64,000 nt of DNA from Verrucomicrobiaceae bacterium (GTDB lineage Bacteria > Verrucomicrobiota > Verrucomicrobiia > Verrucomicrobiales > Akkermansiaceae). How positions within the stretch are numbered: position 1 is the stretch's first letter; the number at the start of each line of letters is the position of its first letter. The notes beneath the pieces are model-generated. The model did not search any database, had not been told where the DNA came from, and saw only the letters and a program-made list of their open reading frames with translations. Below are positions 29,247 to 37,735 of this stretch, piece after piece. The stretch is taken from assembly GCA_051252135.1 (NCBI GenBank), contig JBPOGH010000006.1, positions 184,953-248,952 of the forward strand. The letters run 5' to 3'. The translations under genes and the position numbers were made by a program.

Positions 29247-29278
29247 GAAGCGACTCCGTTGACGGGGTCGCTTTTTTT
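29247..29278 (+). terminator. Rho-independent terminator after sucCD
   Basis: AAGCGACTCCGT-TG-ACGGGGTCGCTT followed by T-run. Confidence 0.85.
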
Positions 29279-29436
29279 GTGGGGGCTTACCAAGGGGGAG
29301 AATGGCCTAGGGGCCTTGGGCCTGGTGGGAGAGGTGGACTTCTGAATCCGCCGACCAAAAAAGGATTGGTAAGCTGCCTATTAATCGAGCTCGAATCTGC
29401 CGGACGGCTCGGAGAGCCATCCCTGCCTTGTGGCGG

Positions 29437-29688
29437 CTACCAAAGGGACGATTGGTCGTCGAGGAGCTTGGTTTTTTTGGCGGGGGCGCTGATTTGGTCG
29501 AGATCGAGGATGAGTTCGAGGGAGGCTCGTTCTTCTTCGTCGAGGATGGCGCGGAGATGTTCGCTCCAGATTTCGGGTGCTCCTCCCTGATTTTGAGAGA
29601 GGATGAGGGACCACTGGCTCACGGTGCCGCTGGGAGCGGCGCGCTTCTTGAGCTTGGAGAGCCAGATGTCGTAGAGACTTTGTTTCAC
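29437..29688 (-). CDS. Small hypothetical protein
   Basis: 83-aa ORF with 4-bp overlap to the ispF stop. Confidence 0.5.
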   Translation of the reverse strand: MKQSLYDIWLSKLKKRAAPSGTVSQWSLILSQNQGGAPEIWSEHLRAILDEEERASLELILDLDQISAPAKKTKLLDDQSSLW

Positions 29689-30185
29689 GATGTTGATTGG
29701 AGGACGAGGTCCCTGGAGTAGATTAACGAGGAAGCGAGAGCAGCAATGCCCTCACCACGGCCGACGAAGCCCATGGTCTCGTTTGTCGTGGCTTTGATGC
29801 CGATTTGACCCGGGGTGATGCGGAGTGCTTGGGCCATGTTTTGCTTCATGGCGTCAGCGTGGGGCAGGACTTTTGGGGCTTCGGCGATGAGTGAGGAATC
29901 GATGTTTCCGATGGTGTATCCGAGCTCGTCACACAGGTCGGCGCACTTTACTAGGATTTTCAAGGAGGAGATATCCTTGCAGGAAGGATCGCCGGGGGGG
30001 AAGTAGTGGCCGATATCGGGAAGTCCGAGGGCTCCGAGGATGGCATCGGCGATGGCGTGGCAGAGGACGTCGGCATCCGAATGGCCGAGGAGGCCATGGG
30101 TGTGCGGGATTTCCACGCCTCCGAGGATGCAGGGGCGGTCTTCGGCGAATTGGTGGACATCGTATCCGATTCCGGTGCGGATCAT
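29685..30185 (-). CDS. ispF: 2-C-methyl-D-erythritol 2,4-cyclodiphosphate synthase
   Basis: MIRTGIGYDVH, HSDADVLCHAIADAILGA, KATTNE; start set at ATG 30185. Confidence 0.95.
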   Translation of the reverse strand: MIRTGIGYDVHQFAEDRPCILGGVEIPHTHGLLGHSDADVLCHAIADAILGALGLPDIGHYFPPGDPSCKDISSLKILVKCADLCDELGYTIGNIDSSLIAEAPKVLPHADAMKQNMAQALRITPGQIGIKATTNETMGFVGRGEGIAALASSLIYSRDLVLQSTS

Positions 30186-30931
30186 AGGATTTCTTCGATG
30201 GGGATTTTTCCGTTGGAAGCGACGATGGAGTAGACATCGGGCTTTTCGGGATGAGGCGTGAGGGTCACTTTTCCGCCGGTGGCTTCGATCATGAGGACGC
30301 CGGCAGCGATGTCCCAGAGCGAGATGCGGGCTTCGACGTAGGCATCGAGCCGCCCACACGCGATGTAGGCCATGCCGAGGGCAGCGGAGCCCATCATGCG
30401 CATTTTGCGCGCGCGGAGGGAGCCTTTGCGGAAGCGTTCGAGGCCGGTTTTGAGGGCTTCCTCGTCTTTGCCACAACCGACGAAGAGGATGGATTCTTCG
30501 AGGGTTTCACGTTGGCTGACGGCGACGGGCTGGCCGTTGAGGAGAGGTTGGCCTCCTTTTTCGATGGTCCAAAGTTCGTCGACCATGGGGTCATAGATGA
30601 CGCCGAGGACGAGGTCCTCGTTGACGCGCTTGGCGATGGAGATGCAGAAGTGGGGGATGCTGTAGAAGAAGTTTACGGTGCCATCGATGGGATCGACGAT
30701 CCACTGGTGGGGGGAGGATTGGTCACCGGCGAGGCCTTCTTCGCCGTAGATGGCATGGCCGGGATTCTCTTTGAGAATGATGTCGGTGATGAGATCCTGG
30801 GACTCTTTGTCGAGGGCGAGCTTGAGGTCGTGGGCGAGGGCCTCATCGACATCCTTATCTTGATGGAAGTTGGCGCGGAGGAGCTTTCCGGCTTCCTTGG
30901 CGGCGTGGACTGCGGTTTCGAGTTCGGTCAC
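30182..30931 (-). CDS. suhB: Inositol monophosphatase family protein (SuhB-like)
   Basis: GEE, WIVDPIDGTVNF, GSAAL, WDIAAG motifs. Confidence 0.85.
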   Translation of the reverse strand: MTELETAVHAAKEAGKLLRANFHQDKDVDEALAHDLKLALDKESQDLITDIILKENPGHAIYGEEGLAGDQSSPHQWIVDPIDGTVNFFYSIPHFCISIAKRVNEDLVLGVIYDPMVDELWTIEKGGQPLLNGQPVAVSQRETLEESILFVGCGKDEEALKTGLERFRKGSLRARKMRMMGSAALGMAYIACGRLDAYVEARISLWDIAAGVLMIEATGGKVTLTPHPEKPDVYSIVASNGKIPIEEIL

Positions 30932-31002
30932 GGGGAGAGAATGGCGGAGGTAGGGCAGGATTCAACGTTTGATTGAGAAAGGAGTGAGATGAGGGAGGTG
31001 TG

Positions 31003-31035
31003 CAAAATTGACAAAATGTTCAATTTTGATAATAT
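31003..31035 (+). promoter_or_regulatory. Sigma70-type promoter overlapped by a 9-bp inverted repeat (probable TA operator)
   Basis: TTGACA 31008-31013, TAATAT 31030-31035; CAAAATTGA-N8-TCAATTTTG at 31003-31028. Confidence 0.7.
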
Positions 31036-31041
31036 TGAGGT

Positions 31042-31287
31042 ATGAGCCGACTGAGTATTGAAATTGAACCTGAGCAGCATCGCCAGATTAAGACGCTTGC
31101 GACCTTTGCGGGGATGTCGATTAAGGATTTTATTTTGAGCAAAACCTTAAGTCCGCGGGATGCGACGGACCAGTTGTTGTCTGCGCCAGAGAATGCGAAG
31201 CGCTTGCGGGAGGCGGTTGCCGAGCCCCAGAAAGAGAATCTGGTCTTTGAAACCGTTGATGATTTGAAGGATGCGCTTGGAATTTAA
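31042..31287 (+). CDS. Type II antitoxin (RHH-like N-terminus, YefM-like C-terminus)
   Basis: Upstream of and overlapping a YoeB-type toxin; TDQLLSAPENAKRLREAV resembles the YefM neutralising helix. Confidence 0.75.
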   Translation: MSRLSIEIEPEQHRQIKTLATFAGMSIKDFILSKTLSPRDATDQLLSAPENAKRLREAVAEPQKENLVFETVDDLKDALGI

Positions 31288-31525
31288 GAGCCAAGCGTTC
31301 GAAGACTTGCAGTATTGGGTGCAGTTTCACCCGAAAGTGGCGAAACGGCTGCTGCGGATGATTGAGGAAAGCCAGCGGGATCCTTTTGGAGGGATCGGGA
31401 AACCGGAACCGCTGAAGAATGAGTTATCGGGCTGGTGGTCGAAGCGAATCGATGGCGAACATCGGCTTGTTTATCGCGTGGAAGGAGATGCGTTGATTAT
31501 TGTGCAAGCGAGGGGGCATTATTAG
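31271..31525 (+). CDS. yoeB: Txe/YoeB family mRNase toxin
   Basis: AFEDLQYW, PFGGIGKPEPLK, WSKRIDGEHRLVY, C-terminal RGHY. Confidence 0.92.
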   Translation: MRLEFKSQAFEDLQYWVQFHPKVAKRLLRMIEESQRDPFGGIGKPEPLKNELSGWWSKRIDGEHRLVYRVEGDALIIVQARGHY

Positions 31526-31537
31526 GAAACAATTTGT

Positions 31538-31837
31538 ATGAGTAAGGTTGTATTGGTGTTGGTAATCTTTGTCGGCATTTTCATTGCTGCGTGCGGCAGT
31601 AATCAATCCGGGGATACTCAACTTCTCCAGCGGGAAACATTTGAGTTTGGAAGGGTGAAGAAGGAGTCCTATTACATCTTGCCTGACGGTGGTGAAGTTA
31701 TGCATGGCGAAACTACCGTCATTCGTGATGGAGAGCTCGAATCAACGGCATTCTTTGAACACGGCAAATTCAGAGGGCTTAGGGGGAACCTTAGAAGTAT
31801 GGATACCTCTTCATTTGTAACTCCCAAAGGGAAGTGA
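31538..31837 (+). CDS. Hypothetical lipoprotein
   Basis: Hydrophobic N-terminus with IAAC lipobox-like motif. Confidence 0.5.
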   Translation: MSKVVLVLVIFVGIFIAACGSNQSGDTQLLQRETFEFGRVKKESYYILPDGGEVMHGETTVIRDGELESTAFFEHGKFRGLRGNLRSMDTSSFVTPKGK

Positions 31838-31840
31838 GAA

Positions 31841-32473
31841 CTACTTTGGCAGGTCTTCGATCAATTCGATGAGGTGGTAGGCGAGGTGTTCCTTGCTATC
31901 CTTGGGGAGGGTTTCGGTGCGGTCGGGGTAGACGAGGAGGACTTCGTTTTCGGAGGAATCGAAGCCGATGTCCTTGCGGGAGACGTCGTTTGCGATGACG
32001 AGGTCGCAGCCTTTGCGCTGGAGTTTGGAGCGGGCGTTGTCCTCGAGGTTTTCGGTTTCGGCGGCGAAGCCGACGAGGGCGCCGGAGTAGTTCATGACCG
32101 GGCGGGCGGAACCGAGGATGTCTTTTGTTTTTTCGAGAACGAGAGTGAGTTGGTCGCCGTCCTTTTTGATTTTTTTGTCGGAGACGACGGCGGGGGTGTA
32201 GTCGGCCACGGCGGCGGCGAAGATGGCGATGTCGTGCCGGCTGAGGTGGCCTTCGACGGCCTGATACATTTCGGCGGCGGATTCGACGGGGATGTAGTCG
32301 ACGCCCTCCGGGACATCGAGGGCGGTGGGGCCTGAGATGAGGAGGACGCGGTGGCCGCGCTTGGCGGCAGCGGCGGCGAGGGAGTAGCCCATTTTACCGG
32401 AGGACCGGTTGGTGAGGTAGCGGACGGGGTCGATGGGCTCCCGGGTGGGGCCGGCGGTGATGAGGACTTTCAT
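31841..32473 (-). CDS. coaB: Phosphopantothenate-cysteine ligase (stand-alone CoaB)
   Basis: TAGPTREPIDPVRYLTNRSSGKMG, AAVADY, GFAAET. Confidence 0.92.
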   Translation of the reverse strand: MKVLITAGPTREPIDPVRYLTNRSSGKMGYSLAAAAAKRGHRVLLISGPTALDVPEGVDYIPVESAAEMYQAVEGHLSRHDIAIFAAAVADYTPAVVSDKKIKKDGDQLTLVLEKTKDILGSARPVMNYSGALVGFAAETENLEDNARSKLQRKGCDLVIANDVSRKDIGFDSSENEVLLVYPDRTETLPKDSKEHLAYHLIELIEDLPK

Positions 32474-33006
32474 TTGGCCAGCTCTTGAACGGCAATGATG
32501 ATGTCGTCAATCTCAGCGAGGCGGCCTTTTCCCTGATAGCCGCAGGCGAGGTCGCCCTCGGCGGGGTCGATGAAGTGGACTCCGTCTTTTTTGAGCTGCT
32601 CGAGATTGCGCCCGGTGGCGGGGTGGTTCCACATTTTGCCGTTCATGGCGGGAGCGATGAGGACGGGGGTTTCGCGGGGGAGGGCGAGGTAGATGGAGGA
32701 GAGGGGGTCGGGGGCGATGCCGTGAGCGAACTGGCCGAGGGTGTCGGCGCAGGCGGGGGCGACGAGGAAGAGGTCGGCGTTGTCGGCGAGCTCGATGTGG
32801 CCGGGTTTCCAGGAGTTCTTTTCGTCCTCCAAGGAAGTGAGGACGGGGTTTCGGGAGAGGACCTGAAGGGTGAGCGGGGTGATGAACTCGGTGGCGGCCT
32901 TGGTCATGACGCAGTGGACCTGGTGGCCGAGCTTGGTGAGCTGGCTGGCGAGGTCGGCTGCCTTGTAGGCGGCGATGGAGCCGGTGATGCCGAGGACGAT
33001 GTTCAT
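32470..33006 (-). CDS. coaC: Phosphopantothenoylcysteine decarboxylase (stand-alone CoaC)
   Basis: GITGSIAAYKA, HIELAD, APAMN..MW, LACGYQGKGRLA. Confidence 0.92.
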   Translation of the reverse strand: MNIVLGITGSIAAYKAADLASQLTKLGHQVHCVMTKAATEFITPLTLQVLSRNPVLTSLEDEKNSWKPGHIELADNADLFLVAPACADTLGQFAHGIAPDPLSSIYLALPRETPVLIAPAMNGKMWNHPATGRNLEQLKKDGVHFIDPAEGDLACGYQGKGRLAEIDDIIIAVQELAK

Positions 33007-33052
33007 GTTAGGGAGAGTATCGGTTAGATTTGGGGGAGGGCGACTCGTTTTT

Positions 33053-33931
33053 TCAGGGGAGGGTTTGGGCGAGCCAGTGGGTGAATTTTTTTGAGCCGGA
33101 TTCGCCGAGGTGGTAGCCGTCGGAGAAGTCGTCGGGGGTGATGGTGGGGAGGGAGCGGGCGTCGAGGAGGGTGAGCTTGTATTTTTTGATGAGTTGGGGG
33201 ATTTGGGGGTCGAGGGGCCAGGGCTCGGGTTGGGGCATGGGGACGAGGATGACTTGGGTGCCGTTGGCTTGGCAGGCGTCGAGGAAGCGGGTGATTCTTT
33301 GGAAGGTGGCTGACCGGGAGGAGGTTGTTATTTTGGGGGTGACCCAGTCCTGGTTGGTGCGGAGTCCGAGGCGGTACCAGTCGATGAAGTAGTCGAGGAT
33401 GCGCTCGCGGTGGGCGGGTTGGTCGCCGATGAGGGCGGTGGTGTGGGCGAGGAGGGATTGGGTGCGTTGGTGGAAATTGAGGTTTTCGTTTTGCCAGAGA
33501 GAGGGGAGGGAGTTGGCGGTGGCGAAGTGGCGGGCGAGGCGTCGGAGTTTGACGGGCTCGGAGTCATTGAGGTGGTGGGCGACAAAGCCGAGGACAAGTC
33601 GGTCGGGGGGATTGGATTGGAGGTAGCGTTGGTGGAGGTGTTCCCAATCGAGGGCGGCGGTGGCGACGGGGGAGATTTTGATGAAGGGGAGGTCGGGGCG
33701 CTGTGCGGCGAGGAGGTCGGGATCGAGCCCGTGCTTCATGAGGGAGTTGCCGAGGAAGAGGGTGCCGTTTTCCGGGGGGAGAGAGGCGGTGAGAGTGGGG
33801 ATGTCGTGGATGTGGGCGCGGTCGGTATCGAGGGTTGGGGCGATCTTTATTGAGTAGAGTTCGAGGCCGACGAGAAAGAAGGCGAGAACGGCGAGCACTT
33901 TGAGCTCTTGGCGGAAGGTGGTGACGTTCAT
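33053..33931 (-). CDS. Membrane-anchored SGNH-like protein, probable partner of the MBOAT acyltransferase
   Basis: N-terminal TM; FLGNS and DGYHL motifs; coupled to the MBOAT gene. Confidence 0.65.
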   Translation of the reverse strand: MNVTTFRQELKVLAVLAFFLVGLELYSIKIAPTLDTDRAHIHDIPTLTASLPPENGTLFLGNSLMKHGLDPDLLAAQRPDLPFIKISPVATAALDWEHLHQRYLQSNPPDRLVLGFVAHHLNDSEPVKLRRLARHFATANSLPSLWQNENLNFHQRTQSLLAHTTALIGDQPAHRERILDYFIDWYRLGLRTNQDWVTPKITTSSRSATFQRITRFLDACQANGTQVILVPMPQPEPWPLDPQIPQLIKKYKLTLLDARSLPTITPDDFSDGYHLGESGSKKFTHWLAQTLP

Positions 33932-35316
33932 TAGAATTGGAAGTAGATGAAATCGCTGTGCACGACGGGGGCGCAGGAGATGATCATCCAGACGAGGTAG
34001 CAGTAGACGAGGGCGCGGGTGAGCCAGGGGAGGTGGTGGAGTCGGCGGTGGTCGTGTCGGTCGCTCCAGATTTCGGCGAGGACGAGGGGGAGGCAGAAGA
34101 AGGCGAGGGAGCCGAAAGCGTAGGATGAGAAGGGGCTGAGTTGTTGTTCGAAGAAGATTTTGAGGAGGAGGGAAGTGGCTTGGGCGAGGGAGTCGGCGCG
34201 GAAGAAGAGCCAGGTGAGGCAGACGAGGTGGAAGAAGAGGAGAGTGGCGAAGAGGCGGGGGATTTTTAGACGCGGGCTGCCGAGGCGGTAGAGGCAGAGG
34301 ATGAGTCCGTGGAGGAGGCCCCAGATGACGAAAGTCCAGGCGGCACCATGCCAGAGGCCACCGAGAAGCATGGTGAGCATGAGGTTCCGGTAAGTCTTGG
34401 AAGTGCCCTGGCGGTTGCCACCGAGGGGGATGTAGAGGTAGTCGCGGAGCCAGGAAGAGAGCGAGATGTGCCAGCGGTTCCAGAAATCGGAAGGGGATTG
34501 GGCGAGGTAGGGGCGGCGGAAATTCGTCATGAGGCGAATGCCGAGCCAGCGGGAAATGCCGCAGGCGATGAAGGAGTAGCCTGCGAAGTCGCCGTAGATT
34601 TGGAAGGCGAAGGCGTAGAGTCCGGCAAGGGCGTCGGTGCCGGTGAGTTGGTCGGCGGGGGCGAGGAAGACGCCATTGGCGACGAAGGCGAGGTTATCGG
34701 CGACGGCGACTTTTAAGAAGAGACCGACGAGGACGAGCGAGAGTCCGATGGTGAAGTCATCGGCGTTGTGTTTTCGCGGTTGCGTGATCTGCGGAAGGAG
34801 GTGTGAGGAGCGCTCGATGGGGCCGGCAACGAGTTGGGGGAAGTAGGCGACGTAGAGGGCGAAATCGAAGAAGGAACGGGTGGGCGTGGTTTCCTTGCGG
34901 AGGACGTCGATGGTGTAGGAGAGGGTCTGGAAGGTGTAGAAGGAGATGCCGACGGGGAGGATGATGGCGAGGGTGCCGAGATGGGGTTGGAAGCCGAGGG
35001 TCTGGAGGAGGGAGGAGGTGCTTTCGAGGAAGAAGTTGGCATACTTGAAGAGGGCGAGGATGCCGAGAGAGGAGGCGACGCCGAAGATGAGCCACCTTTT
35101 CTGCGAAGCAGGTGGGGCTTGGGCGATCTTGAGCGCGGCGACGAAATGAATCGCAGTGGTGAGCAGGATGAGTCCGAGAAATCGCCAATCCCAGCAGGCG
35201 TAGAAGAGGTAGCTCGCGAAGAGGAGGAAATGATTCTGGGCGCGATGACCGAGAAAGCGGTAGATCAGGATGACGAGGGCGAAAAAGGCCCAGAACTGGT
35301 AGCTATTAAAGAGCAC
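33931..35316 (-). CDS. MBOAT family O-acyltransferase (AlgI/PatA/DltB-like)
   Basis: LPVGISFYTFQ, FPQLVAGPIER, FWNRWHISLSSWLRDYLYIPLGG, GLWHGA. Confidence 0.92.
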   Translation of the reverse strand: MLFNSYQFWAFFALVILIYRFLGHRAQNHFLLFASYLFYACWDWRFLGLILLTTAIHFVAALKIAQAPPASQKRWLIFGVASSLGILALFKYANFFLESTSSLLQTLGFQPHLGTLAIILPVGISFYTFQTLSYTIDVLRKETTPTRSFFDFALYVAYFPQLVAGPIERSSHLLPQITQPRKHNADDFTIGLSLVLVGLFLKVAVADNLAFVANGVFLAPADQLTGTDALAGLYAFAFQIYGDFAGYSFIACGISRWLGIRLMTNFRRPYLAQSPSDFWNRWHISLSSWLRDYLYIPLGGNRQGTSKTYRNLMLTMLLGGLWHGAAWTFVIWGLLHGLILCLYRLGSPRLKIPRLFATLLFFHLVCLTWLFFRADSLAQATSLLLKIFFEQQLSPFSSYAFGSLAFFCLPLVLAEIWSDRHDHRRLHHLPWLTRALVYCYLVWMIISCAPVVHSDFIYFQF

Positions 35317-35917
35317 GCGGGGTCGAGAGGCGGGAGATGCGGAGGCGCTCGGCGACGATGAGAGATTTGAAGCGGGAGTAATCTTCCTCGCGGGTGGCGG
35401 AGAGGAGGCGGTAGGTGTATTCCGGCCAGTGGCGCATTTCGTCGAGAGCGTTCTTCATGCGGAGGGCAATGACCTCTTCGGCATCGGTGCCGCGGCCGGT
35501 GAGGCGGGCGCGAAGTTCTTCCTCGCTGGGAGGCATGACGAAGAGATCGGTGAGGGCAGTTTGGATGTCGGCGTCATCGCACGCGCGAACGAGGATGGCG
35601 CCCTGGACGTCGATATCCATGACGACATCGGTGCCTTTAGAGATGTAGTCGAGGACCTCGGACTTGAGGGTGCCGTAGTGGTTCCCGTGGACTTCGGCGT
35701 GCTCGAGGAAATCGCCGGCGGCGATGCGGGATTTGAAGTCGTCGTGGGTGAGGAAATGGTAATCGCGGCCGTTGACTTCGCCATCGCGTGGCGGGCGGGT
35801 GGTGCAGGAAATGGAATAGTGGGCCTCCTCTTCATCGGCGAGGCGTCGGCAGAGAGTGGTTTTTCCGGAGCCTGAGGGGCCGGAGACGAGGAGGAGGATG
35901 CCCGAACGAGGAGTCAC
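35306..35917 (-). CDS. gmk: Guanylate kinase
   Basis: SGPSGSGKTT, SCTTRPPRDGEVNGRDYHF, DIDVQGA. Confidence 0.95.
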   Translation of the reverse strand: MTPRSGILLLVSGPSGSGKTTLCRRLADEEEAHYSISCTTRPPRDGEVNGRDYHFLTHDDFKSRIAAGDFLEHAEVHGNHYGTLKSEVLDYISKGTDVVMDIDVQGAILVRACDDADIQTALTDLFVMPPSEEELRARLTGRGTDAEEVIALRMKNALDEMRHWPEYTYRLLSATREEDYSRFKSLIVAERLRISRLSTPRAL

Positions 35918-36010
35918 GGGGGGAGTTTGGGGAGAATTGGTGGGGTTGGCCAGTTTGTAGTGTGAACGGTTGGGGGTTGCTCCGAATTATGGGGGCAGTA
36001 TGCTGCGGGC

Positions 36011-37735
36011 ATGCCGACTGTGGAGGTGATGCCTGATACTCTTGCCAGCCAGGTGGCGGCAGGGGAGGTAATCGAGCGTCCGGCGAGTGTGATCAAGGAG
36101 CTGGTGGAGAACTGTGTGGATGCGGGTGCGCGGAAGATTGAGGTGGAGATTCAGCGGGGCGGGGTGGCGTTGATGCGGGTGATTGATGATGGATGCGGGA
36201 TGAGCCCGAGGGATGCGGTGAAATCGCTGGAGCGGCATGCGACGAGCAAGTTGCGGAGTTCGGATGATCTGGCGAGCATCATGACCTTGGGATTTCGGGG
36301 GGAGGCGCTGCCGAGTATTGCGAGTGTGTCGCGGTTTACGATGACGACGCGGGAGGCGGATGCGGTGGAGGGGTCGGAGATTCGGGTGGATGGGGGGGCG
36401 GCTCATGAGCCGAAGGCGGTGGGGTGTCCGGTGGGGACGAGCATTGAGGTGCGGGATTTGTTTTTTAATGTGCCGGCGCGGAAGAAGTTTTTGCGAGCGG
36501 AGACGACGGAGGCGGCGCATGTGGATCATCAGATCCGGCTGCATGCGCTGGGGACGCCGGGGGTGGGTTGGGTGTTTCGGAAGGATGGGCGGGTGGTGTT
36601 TGATCTGCCGGCGATCTCGGATCGGCGGGTGCGGATTGAGGCGATGACGGGAAGCGAGTCGGGGAAGGCCTTGATTGATGTGCCTCGTTGGGAGGGACGT
36701 GGGATTTCGGTGGAGGGGGCGATCTTGCCATCGGAGTTCGCGAGATCGGGCCGGAAGCATCAATTTGTTTTTCTGAACGGGAGGCCGGTGGAAGACCCGG
36801 TGATTTCACGGGCGATTCGTGAGGCGTTTAAGGGGGCGCTGAGTGAGGGGCTGCAGCCGGCGGCGTGGCTTTGGATTCAGATGGATCCGACGCTGGTGGA
36901 TGTGAATGTGCATCCGGCGAAGCGGGAGGTGCGTTTTAGCAATGCGGCGCAGGTGCGGCTGGCGATCATGGATGCGGTGGGGGAGGCGCTGCAACCGAAG
37001 GCGGTGATTCGCCCGGTGGTGATGCCGGAGCGTGAGGTGGGCGATGTTTTGGAAGATCGGATGGAAGTGGGTTCGGCTCCGCGAGTTGATGTTCGTGCGG
37101 AGCCGGCGGTGGTGTGGACGAGTGAGAGGCAGGAGGAATTGGCGGTTGAGGAAGAGGAGGAAAAGGCTCCGGCGTTTCGGGTGATCGGGGCGGTGGCGGA
37201 TCGTTACGTGTTGATGGAAGGCGAGGAGGGCTTGGTGCTGTTTGAGCCATCGGCGGGGCGGGAGCGGATTATCTACGAGCGGCTTCTGGAGAAGGGTGAG
37301 CGTTGTGAGAGTCAGGGCTTGCTGGTGCCGGAGCTGCTGGAGCTGGATGCGCGGGATGTTGATTTGTTGATGCGGCATCAGGAGCATTTTGATGATGCGG
37401 GATTTTCGCTGGAAGCGTTCGGCGGTCGGACGGTGCAGGTGGGGAGTGTGCCGTCGTTTCTAAAGCTCGATGAGGCGCGGGGGTTCGTGCTGGAGTTGGT
37501 GGATGCGATTTTGGATCACGATATCGGAGGGAGAGTGAAGCGGCTGACCTACGAGGGCTTTGCGCAGAAGGTGGCGGTGACGGGAGCGCGGTATCAGAAG
37601 TGGTCGATGGCGGAAGTGGATCAGCTTTTGAGGGAATTGTTTCGCTGTGATTTGCCGTATTGTGATCCGGCGGGGAGGCCGACGCTGGTGCAGATTTCCT
37701 TTCAAGAATTGGCCCGTAAATTTGGGAAGAAGTGA
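36011..37735 (+). CDS. mutL: DNA mismatch repair protein MutL
   Basis: AAGEVIERPASVIKELVEN, RHATSK, LGFRGEALPSI, DVNVHPAKREV. Confidence 0.95.
   Translation: MPTVEVMPDTLASQVAAGEVIERPASVIKELVENCVDAGARKIEVEIQRGGVALMRVIDDGCGMSPRDAVKSLERHATSKLRSSDDLASIMTLGFRGEALPSIASVSRFTMTTREADAVEGSEIRVDGGAAHEPKAVGCPVGTSIEVRDLFFNVPARKKFLRAETTEAAHVDHQIRLHALGTPGVGWVFRKDGRVVFDLPAISDRRVRIEAMTGSESGKALIDVPRWEGRGISVEGAILPSEFARSGRKHQFVFLNGRPVEDPVISRAIREAFKGALSEGLQPAAWLWIQMDPTLVDVNVHPAKREVRFSNAAQVRLAIMDAVGEALQPKAVIRPVVMPEREVGDVLEDRMEVGSAPRVDVRAEPAVVWTSERQEELAVEEEEEKAPAFRVIGAVADRYVLMEGEEGLVLFEPSAGRERIIYERLLEKGERCESQGLLVPELLELDARDVDLLMRHQEHFDDAGFSLEAFGGRTVQVGSVPSFLKLDEARGFVLELVDAILDHDIGGRVKRLTYEGFAQKVAVTGARYQKWSMAEVDQLLRELFRCDLPYCDPAGRPTLVQISFQELARKFGKK

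Noticed and set aside
32470..32473. Frameshifted coaBC pseudogene
   Set aside because: Both halves are intact, with an ATGA stop/start overlap that indicates a natural split
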